Origin: an uncultured delta proteobacterium
GTDB lineage: Bacteria; Myxococcota; Myxococcia; Myxococcales; Anaeromyxobacteraceae
NCBI GenBank assembly: GCA_963845515.1
Contig: CAWJSR010000028.1
Location: 96,001-160,000 of the forward strand
Length of the DNA stretch: 64,000 nt
Reading direction: 5' to 3'
The position numbers and the translations under genes were made by a program. A model generated the notes under the pieces. The model was not told the origin of the DNA and made no database searches. It saw only the letters and a program-made list of their open reading frames with translations. This document shows, in pieces, positions 30,938 through 41,416 of this stretch (position 1 is the stretch's first letter; each line of letters begins with the position of its first letter).

Positions 30938-32317
30938 ATGCGGGACGGGGACGTAGCCCCCGGGGAGGTCCGCGTGCGAGCCAGGCTGAGCGTTGGAGCC
31001 GACGGGGAGATCGCGCTCCCGCAGGAGGGCGCCGAGGCGCTCGGGCTTCCCGAGGGGGCAGAGGTCGATCTCGTCGCGGCGCGCGGCGGGTTCGCCCTCG
31101 TGACGCCGGCCGCCGCCGACGGGCCCGAGGCCTGGTTCGCCGGGTCCCTCGCGTCGCTCACCGTCCCCGAGGTGATCCAGTTCATCTTCACGACGATCAA
31201 GAGCGGGACCCTGACCCTGTCCTTCGGCGCCGACGCGCGCCGGGTCGCGGAGGCGGGGGCCGGCGCCCGGCCGCAGCGGCGCACGCTCTACTTCCACGAG
31301 GGGCAGGTCGTCTTCGCCTCCTCCAGCGATCCGGCCGACCGGCTGGGCTCGGTGCTCTGGCGGCAGGGGATCGTCCATCAGACCGACCTCGCCCGGTGCG
31401 GCAAGCTCATCCGCTCCGGCCGCCCGCTCGGGCAGGTCCTGGTCGACGAGAAGATCCTCACCTCGGGCCAGCTCTACGAGGCGATCACGATCCAGGTCAA
31501 GGAGATCCTCCTCGCGTCCTGCCTCGAGCAGGAGGGGGAGTTCGCCTTCGTCGAGGGGCCGTTCGACGAGTCGAGCTCGGTGAAGCTGGAGGAGCGGACG
31601 CGCGACCTCCTCCTCCAGGGAATGAAGCGGATCGAGGAGGTCGAGCAGCTCGCCGCGCGCATCGGCGGGCGCGGGGCGATCCTCGTGCGCGGCGCGGCCG
31701 ACTCGGATGGACTCGAGGGGCCCGAGGGGAAGCTGATCGAGGAGGCCGACGGCCGCAGGACCATCTGCGAGCTGGCCAGCGCCAGCGGGCTAGGGCTCTA
31801 CGAGACGCTCAGGCTCGCCGCCCCGCTCGTCGAGGCGGAGGCCCTGGCCGTGGGCGAGGCGGAGCCGCCGGCGCCACCCGAGGAGGCCGAGGAGTATGAC
31901 GTGGGCGTCGACATCGCCATCGAGGTCGAGCCCGCGCCCCCCGCGACGAAGGGGCCGCGGCCATCGGGCCCCTTCGAGACCTATCGCCGGATCGTGAAGC
32001 ACGTCTACGGTGCGCTCGCGGCCCACCAGCCCGACGCGCTGTCGCGGCTCAACAGCTACTTCGACCGGCTCCCAGCGAAGCAGCGGCAGCTCTTCGAGGG
32101 AGTCAGGCTCGACGAGGACGGCGAGGTGGACGTCTCCATCGTCCTCATGAACGCGAGCGCCGGCGGCGCGGGGGCCCCCATGGCGAAGGCCCGGTCGCTC
32201 GAGGCGCTCGAGAACTTCGTCTCGTTCTCGCTCTTCGAGGTCAAGAACCGCATGCCCAAGGCGGCCGCGGAGGCGCTCCTGCGCGAGGTCGGCCGCATGC
32301 AGGTGGGGAAGGCGTGA
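30938..32317 (+). CDS. DUF4388/PatA-N-type protein with AbrB-like N-terminal segment
   Basis: FAGSLASLTVPEVIQFI....KSGTL, LYFHEGQVVFASS...DRLG..L; N-terminal GEIALP...LGL..G..V. Confidence 0.7.
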   Translation: MRDGDVAPGEVRVRARLSVGADGEIALPQEGAEALGLPEGAEVDLVAARGGFALVTPAAADGPEAWFAGSLASLTVPEVIQFIFTTIKSGTLTLSFGADARRVAEAGAGARPQRRTLYFHEGQVVFASSSDPADRLGSVLWRQGIVHQTDLARCGKLIRSGRPLGQVLVDEKILTSGQLYEAITIQVKEILLASCLEQEGEFAFVEGPFDESSSVKLEERTRDLLLQGMKRIEEVEQLAARIGGRGAILVRGAADSDGLEGPEGKLIEEADGRRTICELASASGLGLYETLRLAAPLVEAEALAVGEAEPPAPPEEAEEYDVGVDIAIEVEPAPPATKGPRPSGPFETYRRIVKHVYGALAAHQPDALSRLNSYFDRLPAKQRQLFEGVRLDEDGEVDVSIVLMNASAGGAGAPMAKARSLEALENFVSFSLFEVKNRMPKAAAEALLREVGRMQVGKA

Positions 32318-32321
32318 CGGC

Positions 32322-32420
32322 AGACTTCCCAGTGAGCTTCCCCTCTCCCCACCGGGAGAGAGACTTCCCAGTTGAACTTCCCCTCTCCCCCACCGGCGGA
32401 GAGGGCAGGGTGAGGGGGCA
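32322..32420. repeat. Tandemly duplicated REP-like element
   Basis: agacttcccagt..cttcccctctcccc(c)accgg at 32322-32355 and 32361-32396, followed by gagagggcagggtgaggggg. Confidence 0.65.
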
Positions 32421-32425
32421 GTACC

Positions 32426-33112
32426 TTGGACTTCCAGAATCGCATCTGTGCCGCCCTCGACTTCGCGAGCTGGCGCGAGGCGGAGCCCTTCGCTCGGACG
32501 ATCGCCCCTCACGTCGGCCTCCTGAAGGTCGGCCTGGAGCTCTTCACCGCCGAGGGGCCGCCTGCGGTTCGCGCCGCCGCGTCTCTCGGCAAGCCGATCT
32601 TCCTGGACCTGAAGCTCCACGACATCCCGAACACGGTGGAGGGCGCCGCGCGCAGCGCGGCCGCCACCGGCGCGGCGCTCCTCACGGTCCACGCGAGCGG
32701 CGGTCCGGAGATGGTCCGCGCGGCCGTCCGCGGCGGCGGGTGGGAAGGTCCGCATCCTCGCGGTCACCGTGCTCACCAGCCTGGACGCCGCCGCGCTGGA
32801 GCGGATCGGCCTCGCCGGTCCGCCTGAGTCGGCGGTCGTGCGGCTGGCGAAGCTGGCCGTCGAGGCCGGGGCGGGTGGGCTCGTCTGCTCGCCCCACGAG
32901 GTCGCCGCCGTACGCGCTGCGGTCGGCCCGGGGCCGCTGCTGGTCGTTCCGGGGGTCCGTCCCGCAGGATCGGCCGTCGGTGATCAGGCGCGCGTCGCGA
33001 CGCCCGAGGCGGCCGTACGCGCTGGTGCCGACGTGATCGTGCTCGGCCGCCCCCTCCGCGACGCCCCCGATCCGGCGGCGGCGGCGAAGGCGATCGCCGC
33101 GCCATCGGGTGA
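32426..33112 (+). CDS. pyrF: Orotidine-5'-phosphate decarboxylase (frameshifts at about 32740 and 33100)
   Basis: [45 protein letters not shown]. Confidence 0.92.
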
Positions 33113-33177
33113 GCCGCGCCTGGTCGCCCGCTCGGTGCCGGCGCGGGTGAGCTGGCTCCAGGATCGAGCGCGTGGTG

Positions 33178-34323
33178 TCACAAGAGCGACAGCTGTCGGA
33201 TCGCCGGCTTTCCGTCGAGGAGCACGAAGGGCGCCGCGACCCGCCACGAGACGCCGAGCGCCCCCAGCGCCTCGACGGAGCGGAGCCGCTCATTGCGCCG
33301 GACGCCGGCGATCCGCCTGGCCGACTTCGGCCCGACGCCGGGGACGCGGAGCAGCTCCGACACGGGCGCGGTGTTGACCTCGACCGGGAAGCGCTCTGGG
33401 TGGCAGCGCGCCCAGGCTGACTTCGGATCGAGCTCCAGCGGAAGGGCCCCTGCATCGTCGAAGGAGATCTCGTCCAACGCGAAGCCGTAGCTCCGGAGGA
33501 GGAAGTCGACCTGATACAGCCGGTGCTCCCGCATGAAGGGGACCGGAGCCTGATCCTCCAGCGCGGTCCCCGCCACCGGCTGCAGGGAGGAGTAGTAGAC
33601 GCGTGCCAGCTTGAGCTCCCGGTACGCCCACTCCGCCGCCCCCGCGATCTGGCGGTCGCTCTCTCCCGCCGCGCCCACCACCAGCTGCGTGGTCTGTCCT
33701 GCTCGCGCGAACCGGCCGTCCGCCTCGGCGCGAGCGATCTGACGCATGGGCGCGATGATCTGGCCGTCGAACTGCTTGCTGGGCGCGATCCGCTCGAGGT
33801 GGCCGGCCGTGGGCGCCTCCATGTTCACGGAGAGGCGCGTGGCGAGCGCCATCGCCCGCTCCACCTGGTCGGGGCTCGCTCCCGGGATGACCTTGAGATG
33901 CACATAGCCCCGGAATCGATACCGACCTCGCAGGAGCTCGACGGTCGCGAGCATCCGGTCCATGGTGGCGACCGCTCCCCCACGGATGGCCGACGACAGG
34001 AAGAGGCCGAAGGCCCTGCGCTGACGGTGCAGCTCGACGAAGGTGCGTGCCAGCTCGTCGGGCAGGAGCGTGACGGCCGGTGATTGCCCACCCAGGCGCT
34101 CCACGCAGTACAGGCAGCCCCGCTCGCACCCGGACGCCTGGAGCACCTTGAGCATCGGCACGCGCTCACCGGACGGGAGCGCGGTGGGGTAGATCCAGAG
34201 TCCGTCCGCGCTCCGCTGCCGGGGCGTGGACGGGCCGCACGCGCACGCGAGGTCGTGTCGCGCGGCCTGCGTGAGCGTGGCGAGCCGGGTCTCGAACGAG
34301 GGGGTGACCGTGATCAGGGGCAC
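33178..34323 (-). CDS. Radical SAM protein with helix-hairpin-helix (putative DNA modification/repair type)
   Basis: [54 protein letters not shown]...LLRVPGVG. Confidence 0.85.
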   Translation of the reverse strand: MPLITVTPSFETRLATLTQAARHDLACACGPSTPRQRSADGLWIYPTALPSGERVPMLKVLQASGCERGCLYCVERLGGQSPAVTLLPDELARTFVELHRQRRAFGLFLSSAIRGGAVATMDRMLATVELLRGRYRFRGYVHLKVIPGASPDQVERAMALATRLSVNMEAPTAGHLERIAPSKQFDGQIIAPMRQIARAEADGRFARAGQTTQLVVGAAGESDRQIAGAAEWAYRELKLARVYYSSLQPVAGTALEDQAPVPFMREHRLYQVDFLLRSYGFALDEISFDDAGALPLELDPKSAWARCHPERFPVEVNTAPVSELLRVPGVGPKSARRIAGVRRNERLRSVEALGALGVSWRVAAPFVLLDGKPAIRQLSLL

Positions 34324-34394
34324 GAGCCACTCTACTGAACGCGCGTGCAGACCTCAAGCCGGAGGCGGCGACCACGGTGGTGGCGATGCGGCGC

Positions 34395-34964
34395 CTACCT
34401 CGCGCTGAGCACCGCCGTCAGGCTGCGCGCGATGACCGGCCCCTGCTCGGCGACGAGCCCCGCGCGCCGGGCCGCGGCCAGCGTCGCCTCGAACTCCGAC
34501 GGCGTCACGTGCCCCCTCGGCTCCGCCACGAGGACCTTCCCGGCCGGCGCCAGCGTCGCCCGGATCTCGGCGAAGAAGCGCTCCGCGGCCGGCAGCTCGT
34601 GCACCATGGCGAAGGCGAGGACGAAGTCGACGGCGCCGCCGAGATCGTCCACTCCGAGCGACCCCGACGACGCGAGGCGCGTCACGATCCGGCCGTCGAG
34701 CCCAGTCCGCGCCGCGCGCCGCCGGAGCCCGGCCAGCATCTGCGGCTGAAGGTCGACCGCGATCACGCGTCCGCCCGGTCCGACTCGCCGCGCGAGCTCC
34801 AGCGTGAAGAAGCCCATCCCGGGCCCCGGCTCGAGCACGGTCATCCCTTCCCTCACGTACGGCGACAGGATCCGGGCCGGGTCCTGGCCCAGCTTGCGGA
34901 TCGGGCTCGCGAGCAGCCACCCGATCCACCAGGGGCAGACGTGGGGCTTCTGGTCCGTGGTCAT
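34395..34964 (-). CDS. Class I SAM-dependent methyltransferase
   Basis: [32 protein letters not shown]. Confidence 0.85.
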   Translation of the reverse strand: MTTDQKPHVCPWWIGWLLASPIRKLGQDPARILSPYVREGMTVLEPGPGMGFFTLELARRVGPGGRVIAVDLQPQMLAGLRRRAARTGLDGRIVTRLASSGSLGVDDLGGAVDFVLAFAMVHELPAAERFFAEIRATLAPAGKVLVAEPRGHVTPSEFEATLAAARRAGLVAEQGPVIARSLTAVLSAR

Positions 34965-35067
34965 GCGCGAAGCATCGCACCGTCGGATGGCGCGCTCATG
35001 TCCCGTGCTTGAAGAAGTTCGAAGTGAGCACGCGCCGCCGGCCTGGGCGGCGCCGCCTCGCAGAGCA

Positions 35068-35095
35068 CTTCGCCCCCGCGAGGGCGGGGGCGAAG
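35068..35095. terminator. 12-bp hairpin downstream of ftsZ
   Basis: cttcgcccccgc-gagg-gcgggggcgaag. Confidence 0.5.
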
Positions 35096-35121
35096 GGTGC
35101 TCCGGAGGCGCAGCGGGACCG

Positions 35122-36334
35122 CTACTCCCCCGCGCCCCGCGGGTTCTTCCGCAGGAACGTGGGGATGTCGTACTGGTCGTCGTCCGCCGGCTTGAACGCC
35201 TGCGTGGCGCGGGCGCCGGCGCGGACCACGGCGGGCGCCGACGGGTTGCGAGAGCCGGATCGGCTGTGGCTCGCGCACCTTGGCCTCGGGGGCCGGGAGC
35301 GGCGGCGGCTGGATCTTGGCCACCGGCGCCGACGCCGGGACCTGGACCTGGATGCTCCGCGGCGGGCGCCGCTCGGAGTCGCGCGGCTGGAAGCCGGTCG
35401 CGATGACGGTGATCTTCACCTCGTCGCCCATCCGCTCGTCGATCACCGAGCCGAAGATGATGTTGGCGTCGGGGTCAGCGGCTGCGTGGGCCATCGAGAC
35501 CGCCTCGTCCACCTCGCGCAGCGACAGGTTCGGGCCGCCGGTGATGTTGACCAGGAGGCCGGTCGCGCCGTCGAGGGTCACGTCCTCGAGGAGCGGGGAC
35601 GAGATGGCGGCCTGCATCGCCTCCAGCGCGCGCCGCTCGCCGTTGGAGCGGCCGGACCCCATGAGCGCCATCCCCTTCTCGGCCATGATCGTCCGGACGT
35701 CGGCGAAGTCGACGTTGACGAGCCCGTGGACGGTGATGAGATCGGCGATGCCCTGGACGGCGTTGAGGAGCACCTCGTCGGCGCGCTTGAACGCGTCGGC
35801 GAGCGACATGTTCTCCCCGGCCACCGAGAGGAGCCGCTGGTTCGGGATGACGATGAGCGTGTCGACCGCCGCGCGCAGGTCGGCGAGCCCCTGCTCGGCC
35901 TGCTTGCGCCGCCGGTTCCCCTCGAAGAGGAAGGGCTTGGTCACGACGCCCACGGTGAGGGCGCCCGACTCCTTGGCCACGTCGGCCACGACGGGGGCGC
36001 CGCCGGTGCCGGTGCCGCCGCCCATGCCGGCGGTGACGAAGACCATGTCGGCGCCGTCGAGCGCCGCCGCGATCTCGTCACGCGCCTCGAGGGCAGCCTG
36101 CCGCCCGACCTCGGGGTTCGCGCCGGCGCCGAGGCCGCGTGAGGCCCCCTTGCCGAGCTGCAGCTTGAGCCCCGCGCGGTTGGCGGCGAGCGCCTGCACG
36201 TCGGTGTTCGCCGCGATGAACTCCACGCCCTCGAGCCGGCCGGCGACCATCGTGTTGACGGCGTTGCCGCCGCCACCGCCGACGCCGATCACCTTGATGC
36301 GCGCCGTGTCGATCTTGTCGGTGAACTCGATCAT
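35122..36334 (-). CDS. ftsZ: Cell division protein FtsZ (frameshift in the C-terminal linker)
   Basis: [25 protein letters not shown]; conserved tail DIPTFLRK in a shifted frame ending at TAG 35122. Confidence 0.95.
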
Positions 36335-37565
36335 TTAGAACACCTCCCCCAGCCAGCCCTTCATCCTGTCCTTCACCTTCCGGAAGACGTTCTCCTCGCG
36401 GATCTTGAAGTACGGGCTCCCCTCCTGCTGCTTCGCGCCGTAGTGCACGAGGCCGACGGCGGTGGCGTACATCGGGCTCTTCACGACGTCGACCAGCCCG
36501 CCGATGCCGCGCGGGAGGCCGCGCCGGACCGGGACGCCGAGGACCTCCTCGGCCATCTCGGTCATGCCGGCGAGGAGCGTCGAGCCGCCGGTGATGACCA
36601 CGCCCGAGGCGATCGACTCCTCCAGCCCGGCCTTCTGGATCTCGTGCTGGACCAGCATGAAGATCTCCTCGACCCGCGGCTCGATGATCTCGGCGAGGAT
36701 CTGCCGGGAGAGGACGCGCGGCGCGCTGCCGCCGACGCTGGGCACCTCGATGGTCTCGCTCTTGTCCACCATCGACGCGAGGGCGCAGCCGTAGCTGCTT
36801 CTTGATCCGCTCCGCCTCGTGGGTCGGCGTGCGCAGCCCGACCGCGACGTCGTTGGTCAGGTGGTTGCCGCCGAGCGACAGGACGGCCGTGTGGGCGATC
36901 GCGCCGTTCACGAAGATGGCGATGTCCGTCGTGCCGCCGCCGATGTCGACGAGGCAGACGCCCAGCTCGCGCTCGTCGTCGGAGAGGGTGGCGAGGGAGC
37001 TCGCGAGGGGCTGGAGGACGATGTCGGCTACGTTGAGGCCGGTCCGCTGGGCGCACTTCACGATGTTCTGGGCCGAGGAGACGGCGCCCGTGACGATGAG
37101 CGCCTTGGCCTCGAGCCGGACGCCGCTCATCCCGACCGGCTCGCGCACGCCGTCCTGGTCGTCGACGATGAACTCCTGCGGGAGGACGTGGATGACCTCG
37201 CGGTCGAGCGGGATGGCCACCGCCTTCGCCTGGTCGATGACGCGGTCCACGTCGGACTTCTTGACCTCCTTGTCCTTGATGGCGACCACGCCGTGGGACG
37301 GGAAGGCCTTGATGTGGCCGCCGGCGATGCCGGTGTAGACGGTGGTGATCTCGCACCCCGCCATGTGCTCGGCCTCCTCGATCGCCCGCTTGATCGAGGC
37401 GACGGTGGCGTCGATGTTGACGACCACCCCCTTGCGCAGCCCCTTCGAGGGGTGCGTGCCGATGCCGATGATGTCGATGCCCTCGTCGGTCACCTCCCCG
37501 ACGATGGCGCAGATCTTGGTCGTGCCGATGTCGAGGCCGACCAGGATGTCCCCGTTGTTAGCCAT
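36335..37565 (-). CDS. ftsA: Cell division protein FtsA (frameshift at about 36795)
   Basis: GLDIGTTKI, DIGGGTTD, AERIK, ITGG, YATAVGL. Confidence 0.95.
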
Positions 37566-37610
37566 GTCCACCACCTCCGGGCGAGTGGCGCGTAGCGCCC
37601 ACGCCCTGCC

Positions 37611-38483
37611 TCAGAGTCCTCTCGGACCCCTTCCGTCCGCCTTCGCCACGGTCGGCCGCCCGCCGGTCGGACCGCGACGCCCCGCCAGCCGCACGGTCAC
37701 CCAGTCCGGGCGCCGCCGATTGTCGAGGTGTATGGCCTCTGCCTTGCTGCCCTCGGCGGCCAGCGCCGCGAGGACCCGCTCCAGCCGCTCGAGCTTCGCC
37801 GGGATCTCGCCCGTGCCAAGCCGCACCTCGATCCCCTCGTCCCCGGCGAAGAGCGTGACGCCCCAGTCCGGATCGACGTGGATCTCCGAGAGCACGGCGC
37901 GCTGGGCGAGCCCGCGCTCGCTCCAGCGGTCCGCCAGCGCCAGCGCGCCTGCGAGCAGGGGCTCCAGCTCACCCTGGCGCTCCATGAACTCCTCGCGCGC
38001 GATTCCGGTGACGAGCGGCAGGTCGAGGCCGTCCCCTGGCGTGGCACGCTTGAACACCCGGCCGTGCACGTCGAGCAGGTAGAGACCGTCGAGGTCGACC
38101 AGCGCCGCGGCGCGCCGCTCCGTGACGGTGACCACGAGCGCCGGTGGAAGTGCGCGGCGAACATCCACCGTGGCTATCCACGGGTGGCGCCGCAGCGTAG
38201 CCGCGAGCGCGTCGACGTCGGCCAGGAGGAGGTGATCCCCGGCGCCCACCGGCGAGAGCTCGCGCAGCTCCTCCTGGGAGATCCGCGAGAGCCCCTCGAA
38301 CCGGACCTCGCGCACGCGGAGGAGGTTTCCCTTCCAGGCGATGGACCAGCCGGCCCAGCCGAGCAGCGCGATGGCCGCCACGGCGCCGACGCTCGGGACG
38401 GCGAGCGCGAGGGCGCGACGGAGCTTCGCGCGCCCCGCGGCCGGATCCCTGTCGATCTTTCGCCTGTTCTGTCCCCGCGCCAC
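37611..38483 (-). CDS. ftsQ: Cell division protein FtsQ
   Basis: One TM plus POTRA (HPWI..V.VRR.LP..L.V.V.ER); upstream of ftsA. Confidence 0.88.
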   Translation of the reverse strand: MARGQNRRKIDRDPAAGRAKLRRALALAVPSVGAVAAIALLGWAGWSIAWKGNLLRVREVRFEGLSRISQEELRELSPVGAGDHLLLADVDALAATLRRHPWIATVDVRRALPPALVVTVTERRAAALVDLDGLYLLDVHGRVFKRATPGDGLDLPLVTGIAREEFMERQGELEPLLAGALALADRWSERGLAQRAVLSEIHVDPDWGVTLFAGDEGIEVRLGTGEIPAKLERLERVLAALAAEGSKAEAIHLDNRRRPDWVTVRLAGRRGPTGGRPTVAKADGRGPRGL

Positions 38484-38787
38484 CGCCCACTCCGACCCCG
38501 TCCGGCCGCCATCCCCCTCGGGCGCTTCCGGACGCTATCACCCGATGGTGGAGGATGCCTCAGGGCGCCACCGTCGCAAGTTTTCGGCGTGGTTTGCCGG
38601 CTGGCGGTGTGGGTGCACGGCGCCTCGTGTCCCACATCCTCCCCGTGAATTTCGCTTCACCCGTGCCGTCGAGGGAGAGCGCCAGCGCCGGTCGAAGAGC
38701 GGAGAGCAGCTCTTGGGGCGGCAGCGATATCGACCGACCGCGAAACTTGGGTTACACACGGACGACTCGAACCGGGAGCTACGGAGC

Positions 38788-39129
38788 ATGCGAAAGCCCT
38801 TCCTCGTCATCGTCCCCACCGCGGCACTCTTCGTAGCGGCGAGCGCCGCGGCGGCAGAGAGCCGCTTTGCGGCGGTCCCGAACGATCAGGCCGTCTCCAC
38901 GCACGGTCCGTACGAGGCCGGCGCCTGCGATACGTGCCACGAGCGCGCGAACGCGAAGGATCCGGGGAAGGCGCTGAAGGTCACCAACGACCTCTGCTTC
39001 GACTGCCACGACGACTTCAAGAGCAGCGCGGCCGTGAAGCTCGAGAAGATGAAGCATCCTGGCGGCAGCGTCGCTTGCACCAAGTGCCACAACCCGCACA
39101 ACTCCAGGAAACGGAAGCTCCTTCTCTGA
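38788..39129 (+). CDS. Periplasmic triheme cytochrome c
   Basis: Signal peptide; CDTCH, CFDCH, CTKCHNPH; GGAG RBS. Confidence 0.88.
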   Translation: MRKPFLVIVPTAALFVAASAAAAESRFAAVPNDQAVSTHGPYEAGACDTCHERANAKDPGKALKVTNDLCFDCHDDFKSSAAVKLEKMKHPGGSVACTKCHNPHNSRKRKLLL

Positions 39130-39342
39130 GATCCATGTCGTGGCCGGACGGTGCTGGCAGGAAGTCATGTTGCGCGACGCGATGTCGCATTTGTACACAC
39201 CAGCGTCGTAGGGTACGTATTTGTGCGAAGCACGTGATCGGGGTCAAGGTCGCAGCCCCCCCATTCGACCTTAGATCTCGCAACGCGAGCCTCTTGTGAG
39301 GGGATAGCTCGCGCGGGCGGCACCCCTCGGAGCGGAATCGAA

Positions 39343-40428
39343 ATGAACATGCGGCGCTCGAACCTCGCGGGTCTCCTGATCTTCACCGCCATACTCGCCG
39401 TCGTGCCCTCGCCTTCGCGCGCGGCCGTGAAGACGGAGGTGCGAAAGACCGCACTGCGCCGCGGTGTCAACGTCGCGCCGCTTCCGGCGAGCGAGGGGGT
39501 CAAGTTCTCCCACGCTCCGTTCGAGGGCGGCGACTGCGCAGTCTGCCACGAGCGGAACGACGTCAAGAGCCCGGGCCCCATCCGTCACGCCAGCGTCAAC
39601 GAGCAGTGCTACGAGTGCCACGAGGACACGCGCGAAGTCATGGCGCGCCGGTTCAAGCACGTCCCCGCGGTCGAGGCCTGCACCGACTGCCACAACCCGC
39701 ACAACTCCGTTGAGCGCGGCCTGCTGGCCACCGAGATGGTGACCCTCTGCCTCAGCTGTCACCAGGGCATCAAGGATCAGGTGACCAAGGGGGCGGTCAA
39801 GCACGAGGCCGCGATGTCGAAGGACAAGAAGTGCTCCAACTGCCACAACCCGCACGCGGCCAACATCGAGAAGCTCCTCATCCAGCTCCCGTTCGATCTC
39901 TGCGTCACCTGCCACTCGAAGGACGGCATGGTGAGCGCGGACGGCAAGCCGATGACGAACTACAAGAAGTGGCTCGCCGACAACAAGGAGTGGCACGCGC
40001 CGGTGAAGGCGAAGGACTGCTCCGCGTGCCACCGCACGCATGCGGGCGACAACTTCCGCCTCCTGGTGTCCGCCTACCCCGAGAAGTTCTACGCACCGTA
40101 CGAGACGAAGATCTACGCCCTCTGCTACGGCTGCCACAACAGCAAGGTCGTGAGCGAGCCCGAGACCACGACGCTCACGGGCTTCCGCGACGGCTCCAAG
40201 AACCTGCACTTCGTCCACGTGAACAAGGAGCGCGGCCGCACCTGCCGCGCCTGCCACGAGGTCCACGCGTCGAAGCAGGACCACCACATCCGCGACGGCG
40301 TCCCGTACGGCCCCAAGGGCTGGATGCTCAAGATCAACTACACGAAGCTCCCGACCGGCGGCTCGTGCGCCAAGACCTGCCACGAGACGAAGCCGTACAA
40401 CAACAAGTCTCTGACGGCCGGCCAGTAG
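39343..40428 (+). CDS. Periplasmic decaheme cytochrome c (doubled CxxCH family)
   Basis: Signal peptide; 9 CxxCH (CAVCH, CYECH, CTDCH, CLSCH, CSNCH, CVTCH, CSACH, CYGCH, CRACH) plus CAKTCH. Confidence 0.9.
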   Translation: MNMRRSNLAGLLIFTAILAVVPSPSRAAVKTEVRKTALRRGVNVAPLPASEGVKFSHAPFEGGDCAVCHERNDVKSPGPIRHASVNEQCYECHEDTREVMARRFKHVPAVEACTDCHNPHNSVERGLLATEMVTLCLSCHQGIKDQVTKGAVKHEAAMSKDKKCSNCHNPHAANIEKLLIQLPFDLCVTCHSKDGMVSADGKPMTNYKKWLADNKEWHAPVKAKDCSACHRTHAGDNFRLLVSAYPEKFYAPYETKIYALCYGCHNSKVVSEPETTTLTGFRDGSKNLHFVHVNKERGRTCRACHEVHASKQDHHIRDGVPYGPKGWMLKINYTKLPTGGSCAKTCHETKPYNNKSLTAGQ

Positions 40429-40487
40429 CACGGACCCCTTGAAGATGTCGGGTCGCTGAAGCGTCGGGAGGGGGACAAGGACTTCCC

Positions 40488-41315
40488 GTGCTCAACTACT
40501 GCTCACGCACCGTCTCACTCGCCGTCGTCACGCTAGGCCTCGCCGCCCTCCTGCCGGCGCGCGCCGCGGCTGCCGGCGAGCTGGGGGACGTCATCGAGAA
40601 CGTCGAGCTGAATACGCTCGACGGAGTGAAGGTCGCCATCGCGTCGAAGAAGGCGCTGGCGAACGTCATCGTCTTCTTCCGCACCGGGCAGGAGTTCTCC
40701 GAGGACGCCCTCAAGGCCATGTCCGAGTGCGAGAAGGAGTTCGCCGCCAAGCCGGTCAACTGGGTGGGGGTCGTCTCCGACGCGGAGCCGGTCGATGCCG
40801 TGAGGCGGCTCGTCGCGGCGGCCGGCATCCGGATGCCAGTCCTGGTCGACGGGGCGGATGCGTTCTACGGTCGCATGGAGGTCCGGCTCCACCCCTACAC
40901 GGTCATCCTGGACAAGGACCGGCGGGTCGCGGTGCGGGAGCCCTTCCACAAGATCGGCTACTGCGACCGGATCCGGGCGCAGGTCCGGTTCGTCCTCAAG
41001 GAGATCGACGCCGAGGAGGTCGCGAAGCTGGAGAACCCCGAGAAGGGGACCTTCCGCGTGCCGGGCGGCGTGGCCAAGCGCCACCTCAACTACGGACGCC
41101 TGCTGCTCGAGCAGAAGAAGTGGGAGAAGGCGCTGGAGCAGGCCGAGAAGGCGCTCGCCGCGGAGGGGCCGCTGGCGGCGGCGCAGACGCTCAAGGGCAG
41201 CGCGCTGGTGGGGCTCGGCAGGTGCGCCGAGGCGGTCGCAGCATTCGACGCGGCGCTCGAGCTGGACCCGGGCGAGGAAGCAGCGAAGGTGGGCCGGAAG
41301 ACCTGCGGGAAGTAG
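40488..41315 (+). CDS. Secreted TlpA/redoxin-fold protein lacking CxxC, with C-terminal TPR
   Basis: Signal peptide; L.TLDG...VIVFFRTGQEFS; PVLVD...Y..M.V...P.T.ILDK; TPR LNYGRLLL...WEKA. Confidence 0.7.
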   Translation: MLNYCSRTVSLAVVTLGLAALLPARAAAAGELGDVIENVELNTLDGVKVAIASKKALANVIVFFRTGQEFSEDALKAMSECEKEFAAKPVNWVGVVSDAEPVDAVRRLVAAAGIRMPVLVDGADAFYGRMEVRLHPYTVILDKDRRVAVREPFHKIGYCDRIRAQVRFVLKEIDAEEVAKLENPEKGTFRVPGGVAKRHLNYGRLLLEQKKWEKALEQAEKALAAEGPLAAAQTLKGSALVGLGRCAEAVAAFDAALELDPGEEAAKVGRKTCGK

Positions 41316-41416
41316 ACGCCGCGCACCTGGGCGGCAGCCGAGGACAGGGTCGTGTCCCGCAGTGACAACAGGTTTTCCACCGCTACGTTGGCGGTGCTGC
41401 CATCATCGGGGACGAC

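Noticed and set aside
32322..32396. Possible mini-CRISPR array
   Set aside because: Only two imperfect copies with about 5 bp between them and no cas genes; it fits a REP-like duplication.
39150..39175. Sigma-54 promoter or cyclic-dinucleotide riboswitch upstream of the decaheme gene
   Set aside because: The TGGCA…TTGC spacing does not fit GG-N10-GC, and the GEMM core motifs are not present.
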